A stretch of 64,000 nucleotides of DNA from a virus, in IMG/VR virus record IMGVR_UViG_3300046167_000924, positions 32,001-96,000 of that record, one strand, 5' to 3'. The position numbers and the translations under genes are program-made. The notes under the pieces are model-generated. The model made no database searches. It was not told the DNA's origin and was given only the letters and a program-made list of their open reading frames with translations. Below, one piece after another: positions 20,760 through 29,784 of this stretch. The first letter of the stretch is position 1; every line of letters starts with the position of its first letter.

Positions 20760-21054
20760 TCCAAGTCAGGATTTCATTCATATTAGAATAATTTATACGA
20801 TCCGTGGTGTAATTTGCGCCACGGGTCGTTTTTATTTTATGTCCAGATTGATTTTCTGTTTCTAGAATCATTTGCGATACAAAATCATGTGCGCCATTAG
20901 ATTTTAACCAATTCCAATATATTGCACGAGTTCCAGGTTGACACTCGACAAGAACATCTTCAAAAACAAATAATTTAGCAAATAATGTAACATCGCGAAA
21001 ACATGTTACTTCACTGGGTGGTTCTGTTAAGCAAGATTCTATAATTAAAATCAT
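20740..21054 (-). CDS. Hypothetical protein
   Basis: 104-aa ORF in operon after LamG-like gene. Confidence 0.65.
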   Translation of the reverse strand: MILIIESCLTEPPSEVTCFRDVTLFAKLFVFEDVLVECQPGTRAIYWNWLKSNGAHDFVSQMILETENQSGHKIKTTRGANYTTDRINYSNMNEILTWIRSLRY

Positions 21055-21056
21055 AA

Positions 21057-21971
21057 TTATGCTCGCTCAATATCCCATTTTTTTATTAAATAATTTGCAA
21101 CAGGGTTAACATCTGTAGTAGGAATGCATATCATTTCTGCGATATCAGCTTTTAATCTTTGAGTTTGAGCGTGATTACAACAAATGTTTAATTTAGAAGG
21201 AAACCAATATCTTGGATTTGATACGTCGGGCTCAAAACCAGCTTGGTTAGTTTGTTGATTAGTTCGAATAAATCTTACGGCTTTATGATATACATTATCT
21301 TCATAATTAAAAATTTTAGTAGTCAGATAGTTCACTGTTACAGTTGATTTTATTTGTGGAAGCGTATTAGGTATAACCTGCTCAGGTCTGCCGTCTACAG
21401 AAAGAAAGATTGATCCTGACCTAAAGCTAATTGACAGCAAGTGCCAATCTTGACTAACATTAATGTTATTGTTGGCTGTTCGCTTGCTACTTGAATACAT
21501 ATGGTCGTGCACATAGTCGCTTCCACTAAACGTTTTATTTACATTGTTTTTGTATCTCATTCTCCCCATAAAGTTTTTTGCTAGACCTGCTCTATATTCC
21601 CAGTCTTTATGGTGTGAAATTAAACTTTGAAAAGCATTAGTCACTTGATTAACCTTGAAAACAAGATAAATTGTATTATTGTCATAACTAAAATCCCATG
21701 GAGATTCTAAATAAGATTGACCATTAAAAGATAAATATCTTAAATCCAGTCCTCTACTATTTGTATAACTTTTAACTGTTATTCCTGATGAAGAAGGACC
21801 TTCTTGTGTGAAATTTTTAAGTAAACTATTTGATGATTTATTATATGCATATTCAATGAAATTAGTGCCGGAGTGGTTTAAAACTGAAAAATCATCAGAA
21901 GGATCCAACCATAAAACACTTCGAGTAGATAAATATGCATCCATCAAAGAAAAGTTTGTTATATAACTCAT
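21057..21971 (-). CDS. LamG/concanavalin A-like jellyroll protein
   Basis: VLWLDPSD start, WHLLSI, ADIAEMI..YLIKKWDI end. Confidence 0.65.
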   Translation of the reverse strand: MSYITNFSLMDAYLSTRSVLWLDPSDDFSVLNHSGTNFIEYAYNKSSNSLLKNFTQEGPSSSGITVKSYTNSRGLDLRYLSFNGQSYLESPWDFSYDNNTIYLVFKVNQVTNAFQSLISHHKDWEYRAGLAKNFMGRMRYKNNVNKTFSGSDYVHDHMYSSSKRTANNNINVSQDWHLLSISFRSGSIFLSVDGRPEQVIPNTLPQIKSTVTVNYLTTKIFNYEDNVYHKAVRFIRTNQQTNQAGFEPDVSNPRYWFPSKLNICCNHAQTQRLKADIAEMICIPTTDVNPVANYLIKKWDIERA

Positions 21972-21979
21972 ATTATTAT

Positions 21980-22711
21980 TTACACTTTCTTTTGTATTTT
22001 ACTTATTACATATTTTAGTATTTCACTTCTTTTTATATCTTCTGCTCCAAAATGAAATGTATGTATACCTTTTTCTTTACTTTGATCATCATTAAAAAGA
22101 GAATACATGTCTGCGAAGCCACTCTTTCCATTGATATCACTTTGCATTGGATCACCACAAATAATTAATTTACTGCCGCGACCAAGTCGGGTCATGAGTG
22201 TGGTAAGTTCTTTGAATGTAAAATTCTGCGATTCATCAGCAATAACAATTTCATTCATCCAACTTGCGCCGCGAAGATAATTTACAGGCATTCCTTTGAC
22301 GATATTCTTCTCTTTTATGAGACTGGCTTGGCCAGGAATCAAAAGTTCGTCCAGCTTTTCATTCATAGGCATCATGTATGGATTGATTTTCTCGGCCATT
22401 TCTCCAGGTAGTGCGCCAAGGCTTTTTTCGCCACTCTCGGCGATTGTGCGGACATATGTAATGCCGCGGTCATTATTCATATTATATAATTGTAATGCTC
22501 CATATATTGCTACATATGTTTTACTTGTTCCAGCAGGTCCACTTATAAATATGATACTGGATTCTTTATCAAATATTATTTTTAATAAAGCTAGTTGCTT
22601 TTCTGTTAGGCTTATTTTTTTTAGCTTGATATTGCGTTTGTGGATTGATGAAGCGATTTTGTCAATCTCGTTCTCATCCGTTATCTCGGGTTGTTTACGT
22701 TTTCGAGCCAT
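21980..22711 (-). CDS. phoH: PhoH-family ATPase
   Basis: GPAGTSKT, LGALPG, YLRGAS, ADESQN, CGDPMQSD. Confidence 0.93.
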   Translation of the reverse strand: MARKRKQPEITDENEIDKIASSIHKRNIKLKKISLTEKQLALLKIIFDKESSIIFISGPAGTSKTYVAIYGALQLYNMNNDRGITYVRTIAESGEKSLGALPGEMAEKINPYMMPMNEKLDELLIPGQASLIKEKNIVKGMPVNYLRGASWMNEIVIADESQNFTFKELTTLMTRLGRGSKLIICGDPMQSDINGKSGFADMYSLFNDDQSKEKGIHTFHFGAEDIKRSEILKYVISKIQKKV

Positions 22712-22873
22712 TTTACTATTATATTATACACTTATTTAAGTTATTTTTATATAGTGGCCGGATTTTTTTTGAGTCGAGCAATATGTTATAATTTATTAGG
22801 TTGTATTTCATATTGAAAAAAGGCACCCCCGGCGTCTATTGCACAATGCGATTGAAAAATGAATTCATTTAAT

Positions 22874-22899
22874 GGGTAGGGTCATAGGGGGGTAGGGGG
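22874..22899 (+). other. G-quadruplex-type G-tract motif at divergent junction
   Basis: GGG-TA-GGG-TCATA-GGGGGG-TA-GGGGG. Confidence 0.5.
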
Positions 22900-22953
22900 T
22901 ACAATATATCTAATAAATATAAACTTTTTTAAACTTTTTTTTCTATGTTTTCA

Positions 22954-22978
22954 TAAGTACTTCTTTATCATATACTTA
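22954..22978 (+). repeat. Single degenerate 25-bp dyad
   Basis: TAAGTACTTC-TTTAT-CATATACTTA, 26 bp before TTGACT at 23005. Confidence 0.65.
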
Positions 22979-23082
22979 CAGCACAAAGTTTTTTTGCTAT
23001 GGGCTTGACTTTTGGCCAAAGTATGTTAGATTGTATATATAAGATTAATTAAAACACTTTAACAATTAACAAAATAAAAATT

Positions 23083-23331
23083 ATGAAATTATCACAAAAT
23101 AAAATACAAGCTCTCTTTTCAATACTTGCCGACGCTGACGAAGGTTGTAACGATCGTGCTTGCGATAACTTAGCAGAAGCCTTTGGTGGTAAACTTGGGC
23201 TTGGTGAAGTTGTTTCTTTACCTTCTGAGTTGTCATCTGAAAAAGTTGTTTCTGAAATACAAGATCCTGAGTTGTTTTGGGAGTCAGGATGCGTCGAAGC
23301 TTGTGAAGAAATACTTGAGCTTGTAAAATAA
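23083..23331 (+). CDS. Hypothetical early protein
   Basis: Follows TTGACT promoter at 23005. Confidence 0.75.
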   Translation: MKLSQNKIQALFSILADADEGCNDRACDNLAEAFGGKLGLGEVVSLPSELSSEKVVSEIQDPELFWESGCVEACEEILELVK

Positions 23332-23370
23332 AGCTTGCATTTTAAATCTTAAAACCTATAATAAATAATT

Positions 23371-23586
23371 ATGAATAAATCACAAATACTTTTCAAAATA
23401 GAATGTTTAAACAGTCGCTTAGATGCTTTTGAGTATGTTCGTGGAATCGGATGGTCTCCTGCTAAAGGGAAAGACAGAATTGAAATTCTTTCAGAAATTA
23501 AAAATTTAAGAGCTGAATTGCCTCGCGCAGAATACGAGCAAGAAGTTGCACAATACGGATGGAAGTCTGTAGAGCGTAATGCTTAA
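23371..23586 (+). CDS. Hypothetical early protein
   Basis: TTGCAT-16-TATAAT-8-ATG. Confidence 0.75.
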   Translation: MNKSQILFKIECLNSRLDAFEYVRGIGWSPAKGKDRIEILSEIKNLRAELPRAEYEQEVAQYGWKSVERNA

Positions 23587-23589
23587 ATT

Positions 23590-23666
23590 GTCAGAATAGC
23601 TCAGCAGGTTAGAGCGTTGGAATCATAACCCAAAGGTCGGCGGTTCAAATCCGCCTTCTGACACCA
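23590..23666 (+). tRNA. tRNA-Met or Ile2 (CAT)
   Basis: Cloverleaf, anticodon CAT, GGTTCAAATCC T-arm, encoded CCA; no initiator features. Confidence 0.85.
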
Positions 23667-23667
23667 A

Positions 23668-23742
23668 GGGCTAATAGCTCAGTGGTAGAGCACCGCCTTG
23701 ATAAGGCGGCGGTCGGTGGTTCAAGTCCACCTTAGCCCACCA
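23668..23742 (+). tRNA. tRNA-Ile (GAT)
   Basis: CCGCC-TTGATAA-GGCGG anticodon arm, encoded CCA. Confidence 0.92.
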
Positions 23743-23753
23743 CTTTAATCTCG

Positions 23754-23830
23754 TAAAGTGTTAAGCGTCAACAACTTACGAGAAATTCTCCTAGGCTTTT
23801 TTGCGTAACTCGTTGGTATACAGCGACTTA
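23754..23830 (+). repeat. 77-bp double-dyad element, copy 1
   Basis: Dyads at 23754 and 23806, 27-bp spacer with CCTAGG. Confidence 0.9.
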
Positions 23831-23884
23831 CAACAAACCTAAAACTTTTCTCAAAATAAACAAACTTTTTTTTGCGTGTTTGCA

Positions 23885-23909
23885 TAAGTATATGATAATC
23901 AACAGCTTA
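23885..23909 (+). repeat. Single 25-bp dyad
   Basis: TAAGTATATG-ATAAT-CAACAGCTTA, 26 bp before TTGACT at 23936. Confidence 0.8.
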
Positions 23910-23970
23910 CAACACAAACTTTTTTTGTTTCAGGCTTGACTTTTGTCGATTTATAGATTAGTTTAATAGT

Positions 23971-24117
23971 ATGTTAGATAAGAAAATAGAACAATTCATT
24001 CAAGACAACGGTCTTGTTCGTGTTCAAGCAAGCCCAATGTCAGAGGCTTTTGACCTTTGGGAATGTCCTGGTGGTCATGTTTGGAATCTTGAGATGATTA
24101 AACAAGCAATAAAATAA
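23971..24117 (+). CDS. Small hypothetical protein (48 aa)
   Basis: TTGACT-17-TAGTTT-6-ATG; MLDKKIEQF..KQAIK. Confidence 0.65.
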   Translation: MLDKKIEQFIQDNGLVRVQASPMSEAFDLWECPGGHVWNLEMIKQAIK

Positions 24118-24166
24118 TTCGCTTTTTGCTTGCAATTACATAAAAAATAGTTTACATTTAAAACAT

Positions 24167-24445
24167 ATGATTAAGACAAATAAAACAACATTCAAAGCAA
24201 TCGTCCATGTACATTCTATTGACGGAGATAAACTTCCATTGTGGAACACACACATGAACGCTTTTGTAGACACTACCTTAACACATCACATCTTGGAAAT
24301 TACTGCTGAAAACAAGCACGAAGTTCGTGCCAAGATCTCTCGCATGATGCCAAAATTACAACACAAAGTCCAACTTAAAAAAGGCTTTGAAAGAAAAGAA
24401 GGCGACAATGCCACTTGGTACATTCAACAAATTTATTCGAAATAA
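24167..24445 (+). CDS. Hypothetical protein, paralog of 25475-25750
   Basis: Shared HxxxIxAExKHEVRxK and RKxGDNAxxYIQ; own promoter. Confidence 0.8.
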   Translation: MIKTNKTTFKAIVHVHSIDGDKLPLWNTHMNAFVDTTLTHHILEITAENKHEVRAKISRMMPKLQHKVQLKKGFERKEGDNATWYIQQIYSK

Positions 24446-24484
24446 GTTTGACACAATAAACAAAATACTTTAATCTACTATCAT

Positions 24485-24700
24485 ATGACAAATACATTAG
24501 AAGACAAATACCCAACTCTCGCAGTCGGGCTTGCAATGTCCAAAGCAGAAGGAAACTTAAAGTTTCTTGCTCAAGCTGAGATGTCAACCTTTACACAAGG
24601 GGAAGCCGTACTTGATGCGTTGCACGCATTACAGCAAGCACGCAAGGCATACGCTGAAGTCACAAAAGAGTTGAGTGAATTAAGAGACGGCTTAAAATAA
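24485..24700 (+). CDS. Hypothetical protein
   Basis: Own TTGACA promoter. Confidence 0.75.
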   Translation: MTNTLEDKYPTLAVGLAMSKAEGNLKFLAQAEMSTFTQGEAVLDALHALQQARKAYAEVTKELSELRDGLK

Positions 24701-24758
24701 TGCTTGACATAATCATTCTGTCTGTCATAATAGGAATCATAACAACAATAAAAGAATC

Positions 24759-25067
24759 ATGCGAAAAGTAACACAACAAATTAAACAAGCATTTGAACGC
24801 GGCGAAGCTAAGACGATTGGCAACACCACCACAGACGGCAACACCGTTTGGTTGCATGGTAACGCGATTGTCAAGCGTGACGCTGACGGCTTGGTTAGAT
24901 GGTCGCTTGCAGGATGGAACACACCCACCACACGCGAACGCGTCAACGGCATAGCTAATGCAGATGTTTGCCAATTCAAATTCGAGCCTATACTAAACGG
25001 GCAAGTCATTGACTCATCCGATTGGTTCGCATCGCCTAATTCATTGCCCGATCCTCTTGTGTTCTAA
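24759..25067 (+). CDS. Hypothetical phage protein
   Basis: LAGWNTPTTRERVNG; stop codon is first 3 nt of element copy 2. Confidence 0.8.
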   Translation: MRKVTQQIKQAFERGEAKTIGNTTTDGNTVWLHGNAIVKRDADGLVRWSLAGWNTPTTRERVNGIANADVCQFKFEPILNGQVIDSSDWFASPNSLPDPLVF

Positions 25068-25141
25068 GTAGCACAGAGTCAACGACTTAGGGCAAATCGC
25101 CCTAGGCTTTTTTGCGTAACTCATTGAATACCAACAGCTTA
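25065..25141 (+). repeat. 77-bp double-dyad element, copy 2
   Basis: Dyads at 25065 and 25117. Confidence 0.9.
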
Positions 25142-25217
25142 CAACAAAATGAAAAAAAAGTTAAAAAAAATGAAAATAATACTTGACTTTTGCCGTTTTG
25201 TCTGATACATTGTATAT

Positions 25218-25415
25218 ATGATTAAGAATAATAAAATACAAGTTCGCATTAAAGAATGGTCAACCCATTGGTCAGTTAAGATCTTTGATCAAGGCACCGA
25301 CTCACAAGGCAATGATCGCCCACGAGTTCGCACGGCATCAAGCCAATCACATCTTAACAAGATCATGAGAGACGAAGGATTTAATCAATTCCGTTTTAAT
25401 GTTGTCTTTCAATAA
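25218..25415 (+). CDS. Hypothetical protein
   Basis: TTGACT-17-TACATT-6-ATG. Confidence 0.75.
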   Translation: MIKNNKIQVRIKEWSTHWSVKIFDQGTDSQGNDRPRVRTASSQSHLNKIMRDEGFNQFRFNVVFQ

Positions 25416-25474
25416 TAAGAAAAAAAAGTAAAATAAAGCTTGACTTTCAACCAAAACTAGATTAGATTATATAT

Positions 25475-25750
25475 ATGATTAAGAATAAAACATTCATTGC
25501 AAGCGTTCATGTCTCTTCCCTCGATGGTGAAGCAATTTCCTTATGGAATAGTAATACCAAGTCATACATCGACATTGACAAGACACATCATGCAATCACT
25601 ATCGAAGCTGAAGATAAGCATGAAGTCAGAAGAAAAGTTGCTCGCATGATTCGCACACTTCAACCGAAATTGCAATTCCAAACAAGCATTCAACGCAAAG
25701 ATGGCGATAATGCACAATACTACATCCAAGAAATAAGAGAGAAGAAATAA
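25475..25750 (+). CDS. Hypothetical protein, paralog of 24167-24445
   Basis: TTGACT-17-TAGATT-6-ATG; alignable over full length. Confidence 0.8.
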   Translation: MIKNKTFIASVHVSSLDGEAISLWNSNTKSYIDIDKTHHAITIEAEDKHEVRRKVARMIRTLQPKLQFQTSIQRKDGDNAQYYIQEIREKK

Positions 25751-25794
25751 ACTTTTCTCTTGACTCGATCACAAAAATTTGCTTTAATAATAAA

Positions 25795-25950
25795 ATGATA
25801 AATGTATTCAGACACCCGAATTTTGCTAATTGGTTTAATGTCGTCTTTAATGGCGAGCTAATTGACGGAGCGAGAACGCACGCACAAGCTCTTGAAATAG
25901 CCAAGGAATTAAGCGTAAAGTACAGTTCGCCGATTCTTTCTTCTAAGTAA
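25795..25950 (+). CDS. Small hypothetical protein (51 aa)
   Basis: Promoter at 25760; MINVFRHPNFANWF..; ends inside element copy 3. Confidence 0.65.
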   Translation: MINVFRHPNFANWFNVVFNGELIDGARTHAQALEIAKELSVKYSSPILSSK

Positions 25951-26020
25951 CTGAAGGTCAACGACTTAGGGTAAATCGCCCTAGCCGGTTTTGCATAACT
26001 CCTTGATAGTCAGCGACTTA
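25944..26020 (+). repeat. 77-bp double-dyad element, copy 3
   Basis: Dyads at 25944 and 25996. Confidence 0.9.
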
Positions 26021-26301
26021 CAACAAAAGTAAAAATAATTAATCTTTTTTTAAAAAACGCTTGACTTTGCTCCATTTTCTGATACATTGTATATATAACA
26101 TTAAATTAATATAACAAAAATAAATTATGAATTACGACATCTTGCTTCTTTTAACTTTTATTCCTGCTTTCTTCTTTATGTATAAATCTATGGCAGAAAA
26201 GAAAATTGATCTTTTTTCAGATGTGAGTAAAGAAAAGCTTGACACAAAATAAAATTACTATAATATAAAAATTATAAATCAAATTGCTAAAAATAAAAAA
26301 T

Positions 26302-26847
26302 ATGAAAATTAAAATATCTGAAGCTTGGAATAAACATCATGGAAAAAACTCTGTAAAGAGTAACAGAACAGATCTCGATCTCGGAGATATGCTTAAAATC
26401 TCAGAGCAAGCACAAGTCAAGTCAGAGCTTGAGGGAATCGAAAAGCTAGAAAAGATGATCGAAGCAAAAAAGAAAGAGATTGCAAACATCAAAGAAAAAT
26501 ACAAAAGAATAAGAAACAAAATCGCCCACGATCCGAAAGTGAAAATGTTAACAGACAGAGAGGAAAGAAACTGCTTTCATCAATCAATTTCAAATCTTGG
26601 AGTAAGAAAAAAGAGTCTTGGATGCTCGCTCGATCAATTCAGAATATTCTTAGATGTTCAACTCGAAGACGGCAAGTCTTGGTCTAATTGGACAAATAAA
26701 AATGTAGACAACGCTTGGAACATTGACCACATACAAGAGCGACAAAGTGGCGGGGGCAATCATTGGTCAAACTTCGTACCTCGTGACAGAAAAGAAAATC
26801 TTAACAAGGGTAAACTTGAAAGTGCATTCAATCATTTCTTGAAATAA
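26302..26847 (+). CDS. HNH endonuclease-like protein
   Basis: LGCS..SWSNW..WNIDHI..NHWSNFVP..ENLNKG. Confidence 0.7.
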   Translation: MKIKISEAWNKHHGKNSVKSNRTDLDLGDMLKISEQAQVKSELEGIEKLEKMIEAKKKEIANIKEKYKRIRNKIAHDPKVKMLTDREERNCFHQSISNLGVRKKSLGCSLDQFRIFLDVQLEDGKSWSNWTNKNVDNAWNIDHIQERQSGGGNHWSNFVPRDRKENLNKGKLESAFNHFLK

Positions 26848-26897
26848 TTCGCATTCACACTTGACAGAAACAAAAAAATAGATTAGATTAAATACAT

Positions 26898-27098
26898 ATG
26901 ACAGAAACATTACTACAAGAAAAAAGAAGGCTTCAAGCCATCATTGACGACAATAACGACGATGCAGAAAATGGATCTACCTCAGCTAAAATGTGCGTGA
27001 TCTCAGCTCAAGCAGATCTCGACAGAATTGCTCAGAGTGAGCTTGCTGAGTTCGTCGCCCACACTCCACTACCTGACCCTCTCATCATAGTTGACTAG
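26898..27098 (+). CDS. Hypothetical protein
   Basis: TTGACA-17-TAGATT-8-ATG; ends LPDPLIIVD just before element copy 4. Confidence 0.75.
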   Translation: MTETLLQEKRRLQAIIDDNNDDAENGSTSAKMCVISAQADLDRIAQSELAEFVAHTPLPDPLIIVD

Positions 27099-27100
27099 CG

Positions 27101-27177
27101 TAAAGCGTTAGTAATCAACAACTTAGGGTAAACCGCCCTCCGGAGTTTTCCGTAACTCGTTGAAAGATAACGACTTA
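27101..27177 (+). repeat. 77-bp double-dyad element, copy 4
   Basis: Dyads at 27101 and 27153. Confidence 0.9.
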
Positions 27178-27306
27178 CAACAAAATCAATACAGATTCCG
27201 TGCCAACTTTGCAAGAAAATAGCAGTCGAATTGTGCAAAAACATAGTTGAAAGGTAAGTGAGAATAAATTTGACAAACCCCTTTTTATGTGTTACCTTGT
27301 AGGTAT

Positions 27307-27510
27307 ATGATTAAGACAAAAGAAACAATAATAAAAGAAATCGACTTCGGAACTAAGCTCGCACAAATGGAGGGAGCGATCGACTTTCTTCATTATATGC
27401 AAACAGAAAAAAAAGATTCCGACAGAACTTTGACCGAAGAAATGACCACCAAAGGACTTCTCGAAAAGGTTCAAGAGCTTAGAAAAATATTCAAAGAATT
27501 ACAAAAATAA
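27307..27510 (+). CDS. Hypothetical protein
   Basis: TTGACA-17-TACCTT-8-ATG. Confidence 0.7.
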   Translation: MIKTKETIIKEIDFGTKLAQMEGAIDFLHYMQTEKKDSDRTLTEEMTTKGLLEKVQELRKIFKELQK

Positions 27511-27559
27511 TTCACTTTGTGCTTGCAATTTACGAAAAAATAGATTAAATTAAATACAT

Positions 27560-27748
27560 ATGATTAAGAAAATTAAATTCAAAAAAGGCGATGTTCTCAT
27601 CTCACGAGATAATAAAGTCTTTCAATTTATTCAAGCTACCAAGCACGACACGCTTGGAATTATCGCAATGGTTCGCCCATACAGAACCAATCGCAAGGTT
27701 GGCATCCGATTTGAGGATGTAAAAATTCATCCACTTTTTGCAAAATAA
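27560..27748 (+). CDS. Hypothetical protein
   Basis: TTGCAA-17-TAAATT-8-ATG. Confidence 0.7.
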   Translation: MIKKIKFKKGDVLISRDNKVFQFIQATKHDTLGIIAMVRPYRTNRKVGIRFEDVKIHPLFAK

Positions 27749-27787
27749 GTTTGACAAACTCACATAATTAATCCATAATACTAAAAT

Positions 27788-28075
27788 ATGAATAACATTG
27801 ATCTCATTCGCCAAGCAATCGAAAACGCAAAAGATGCACCTGTTTCTAAAGGTTTGTCTAGCTTCATTCAAGACATGAAAGCCGAAATTATGGCTGAGGA
27901 GTTGGTCGTTGAGCATGGCTTGCTCGAAGCAACTCAAAGAGATGTCGAGGATGAGGTTTCAGAATTGGCTTCATCCGAAGACAAAGCCGAAGAAGATGAT
28001 GACTTCGACAATGACGAAAACCTCCACGATATGGAGTCAGTCAGTCCATCTATGCGAGCAATCTTTGAAGATTGA
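27788..28075 (+). CDS. Acidic hypothetical protein
   Basis: TTGACA-17-CATAAT-8-ATG. Confidence 0.75.
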   Translation: MNNIDLIRQAIENAKDAPVSKGLSSFIQDMKAEIMAEELVVEHGLLEATQRDVEDEVSELASSEDKAEEDDDFDNDENLHDMESVSPSMRAIFED

Positions 28076-28112
28076 TCTCGACAAGTCGCCCTCAATATGG
28101 TATAATAATAGC

Positions 28113-28286
28113 ATGAACAAAGCAATAACAGAAAAAATTGATACATTAATCAGCACGCTTCAAGCGTTGACAATTCAAAGAGTCAATGCCTTGAGACTCG
28201 GCAAGCAAGAAGAAGCAAGCCAAATTCAAGCCGTGCAAATTGATATTGACAATAAAATTCAAGAGTTAGAAAGGTCAATGTCCTAG
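28113..28286 (+). CDS. Small coiled-coil protein
   Basis: TCGACA-17-TATAAT-6-ATG. Confidence 0.7.
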   Translation: MNKAITEKIDTLISTLQALTIQRVNALRLGKQEEASQIQAVQIDIDNKIQELERSMS

Positions 28287-28360
28287 TGGATTTGTTAACA
28301 ATTATGATTATCGCATCGTTAATTGGAATTTTTAGAGGCTTAACTGATTGTGCCTTTTAA
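28286..28360 (+). CDS. 24-aa hydrophobic peptide
   Basis: GTG overlapping TAG; MDLLTIMIIASLIGIFRGLTDCAF. Confidence 0.45.
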   Translation: MDLLTIMIIASLIGIFRGLTDCAF

Positions 28361-28404
28361 TTGCACAATCCCTTTATAGGGCAAGAGAAAAGTTTAGTTT
28401 TTCC

Positions 28405-28481
28405 TAAGTTGTTGCAAGTCAATGACTTAGGGAAAGCCGCCCAAGGCTTTTTTTCGTAAGTCCTTAATTACAAGTGACTTA
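28405..28481 (+). repeat. 77-bp double-dyad element, copy 5
   Basis: Dyads at 28405 and 28457. Confidence 0.9.
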
Positions 28482-28536
28482 CAACAGAATGAAAAAAAAG
28501 TTTGACAAAGCTGTACGATTTTGATAGATTACAATT

Positions 28537-28728
28537 ATGGAAAATAATGATTCACTCACTCGCCTCTCTCACGCCAACGGCATCACCGATGTCGATCTTG
28601 ACGAGCGTCAAGCAATCCTTGGCCAGCTTGTTCAAGACGAGCTGGAGGAGTCTGATCGTCAGGCTCTAAAACAATTCTCTGAAAATGAGGATATAGACTG
28701 GGGCTACCACGACCAATACGACTTTTAA
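28537..28728 (+). CDS. Acidic hypothetical protein
   Basis: TTGACA-17-TAGATT-6-ATG. Confidence 0.75.
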   Translation: MENNDSLTRLSHANGITDVDLDERQAILGQLVQDELEESDRQALKQFSENEDIDWGYHDQYDF

Positions 28729-28730
28729 CA

Positions 28731-28807
28731 TAAGTCGTTAAACATCAAGGGCTTAGGGAAAACCATCCTAGGCCTTTTTTCGCAAGTCGTTGATACTCAA
28801 CACATTC
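28731..28807 (+). repeat. 77-bp double-dyad element, copy 6 (last arm degenerate) at convergent junction
   Basis: Dyads at 28731 and 28783. Confidence 0.85.
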
Positions 28808-28852
28808 GGATTTCTTAGTTCAAATCATTATTTATGTATTTGTATTTGTTGT

Positions 28853-29029
28853 TTAAATATTTGGTATTTGCAACTTTACCGTTCGTTTGGTCAATTCAAT
28901 TGTATAAGGTGAATGTTCAGTTACTCGATCAAGATCTGATTCGAGGTTACGAATGGCGTTGACAATATAGTCGAGCGTGCCAACGATTCCGGCGGGCTCT
29001 CCGTTTTTAAGTATTTGGTAACTAGTCAT
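28853..29029 (-). CDS. Hypothetical protein
   Basis: Start MTSYQIL overlaps upstream stop. Confidence 0.6.
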   Translation of the reverse strand: MTSYQILKNGEPAGIVGTLDYIVNAIRNLESDLDRVTEHSPYTIELTKRTVKLQIPNI

Positions 29030-29354
29030 TTTTTTGTTTATCTTGTTTTGTTTTCTGCAAAAGCTTTTCGTGTTGCACTCCATCTTGTTGAAATTGACTC
29101 ATCAACTTAGAAACTTGCATTCTATCCTGCCAACCAAGAACATCGTCAAAAGGTTGCAACGGAACAAAATCTCCACGCTGATTGAATACTGCGACTTCGT
29201 AAGTGTTTGGGTGATCTCCATAAAAACAAGTTCCACCTTCTACATTGGATACAACGCTAATAGCGTAACCATTATCGAAAGTTATACTTGCTTGGACTCC
29301 CAAATCTTTTGCACTAGAGTGAGGTTGAAAGTTCAAATCATCAAAGGTCTTCAT
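29022..29354 (-). CDS. Hypothetical phage protein
   Basis: FDNGYAISVV..YEVAV; coupled in operon. Confidence 0.75.
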   Translation of the reverse strand: MKTFDDLNFQPHSSAKDLGVQASITFDNGYAISVVSNVEGGTCFYGDHPNTYEVAVFNQRGDFVPLQPFDDVLGWQDRMQVSKLMSQFQQDGVQHEKLLQKTKQDKQKND

Positions 29355-29541
29355 GGTAGATATATATTGGATTATTGTTGTGTGTGAGTGTTGCGTGTTT
29401 TACGAATGTTTTACTTGAGATGTTCTTCTCGAATGTTGCTTGCGAGATAAAGACATCGGTCTGCTCGGTCTTCTTCTCTGCTTTAATAAGGACAACGCAT
29501 CCGTCTTTGCTTTTGGTAATTAGATGTTTTTCTTTGTTCAT
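29341..29541 (-). CDS. Hypothetical protein
   Basis: Operon-coupled ORF. Confidence 0.6.
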   Translation of the reverse strand: MNKEKHLITKSKDGCVVLIKAEKKTEQTDVFISQATFEKNISSKTFVKHATLTHNNNPIYIYHEDL

Positions 29542-29784
29542 TTAGTTTCTGTAATGAGATGAGTCTTGCGATTCTGTGAGAGTTTCGTAAGCGTGAGCTT
29601 TTTGAGCGATGCACTTTAACGCACTACCAACTACATTTAACATTGAAAGTTGATCATTGTCAAGCATATTCTTGTCGGTCATAGGCTCGATCATATTGTC
29701 ATGGATGAATGCCATAACTAATTCGTTTGCTTCGAGCGAGTCAACATCTTGGACTTGCAAGTGGTTTGGGTCGTTAAGATACAT
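29542..29784 (-). CDS. Hypothetical protein
   Basis: Operon-coupled ORF. Confidence 0.65.
   Translation of the reverse strand: MYLNDPNHLQVQDVDSLEANELVMAFIHDNMIEPMTDKNMLDNDQLSMLNVVGSALKCIAQKAHAYETLTESQDSSHYRN

Noticed and set aside
13960-22540. Deviant Walker A motifs (terL SRGMSKS, phoH GTSKT) as inactivation
   Set aside because: All other catalytic motifs are intact; a tolerated variant is more likely
27195-27215. Sigma54 promoter (TTGGCACG on minus strand)
   Set aside because: -12 position reads GT rather than GC and it points against local genes
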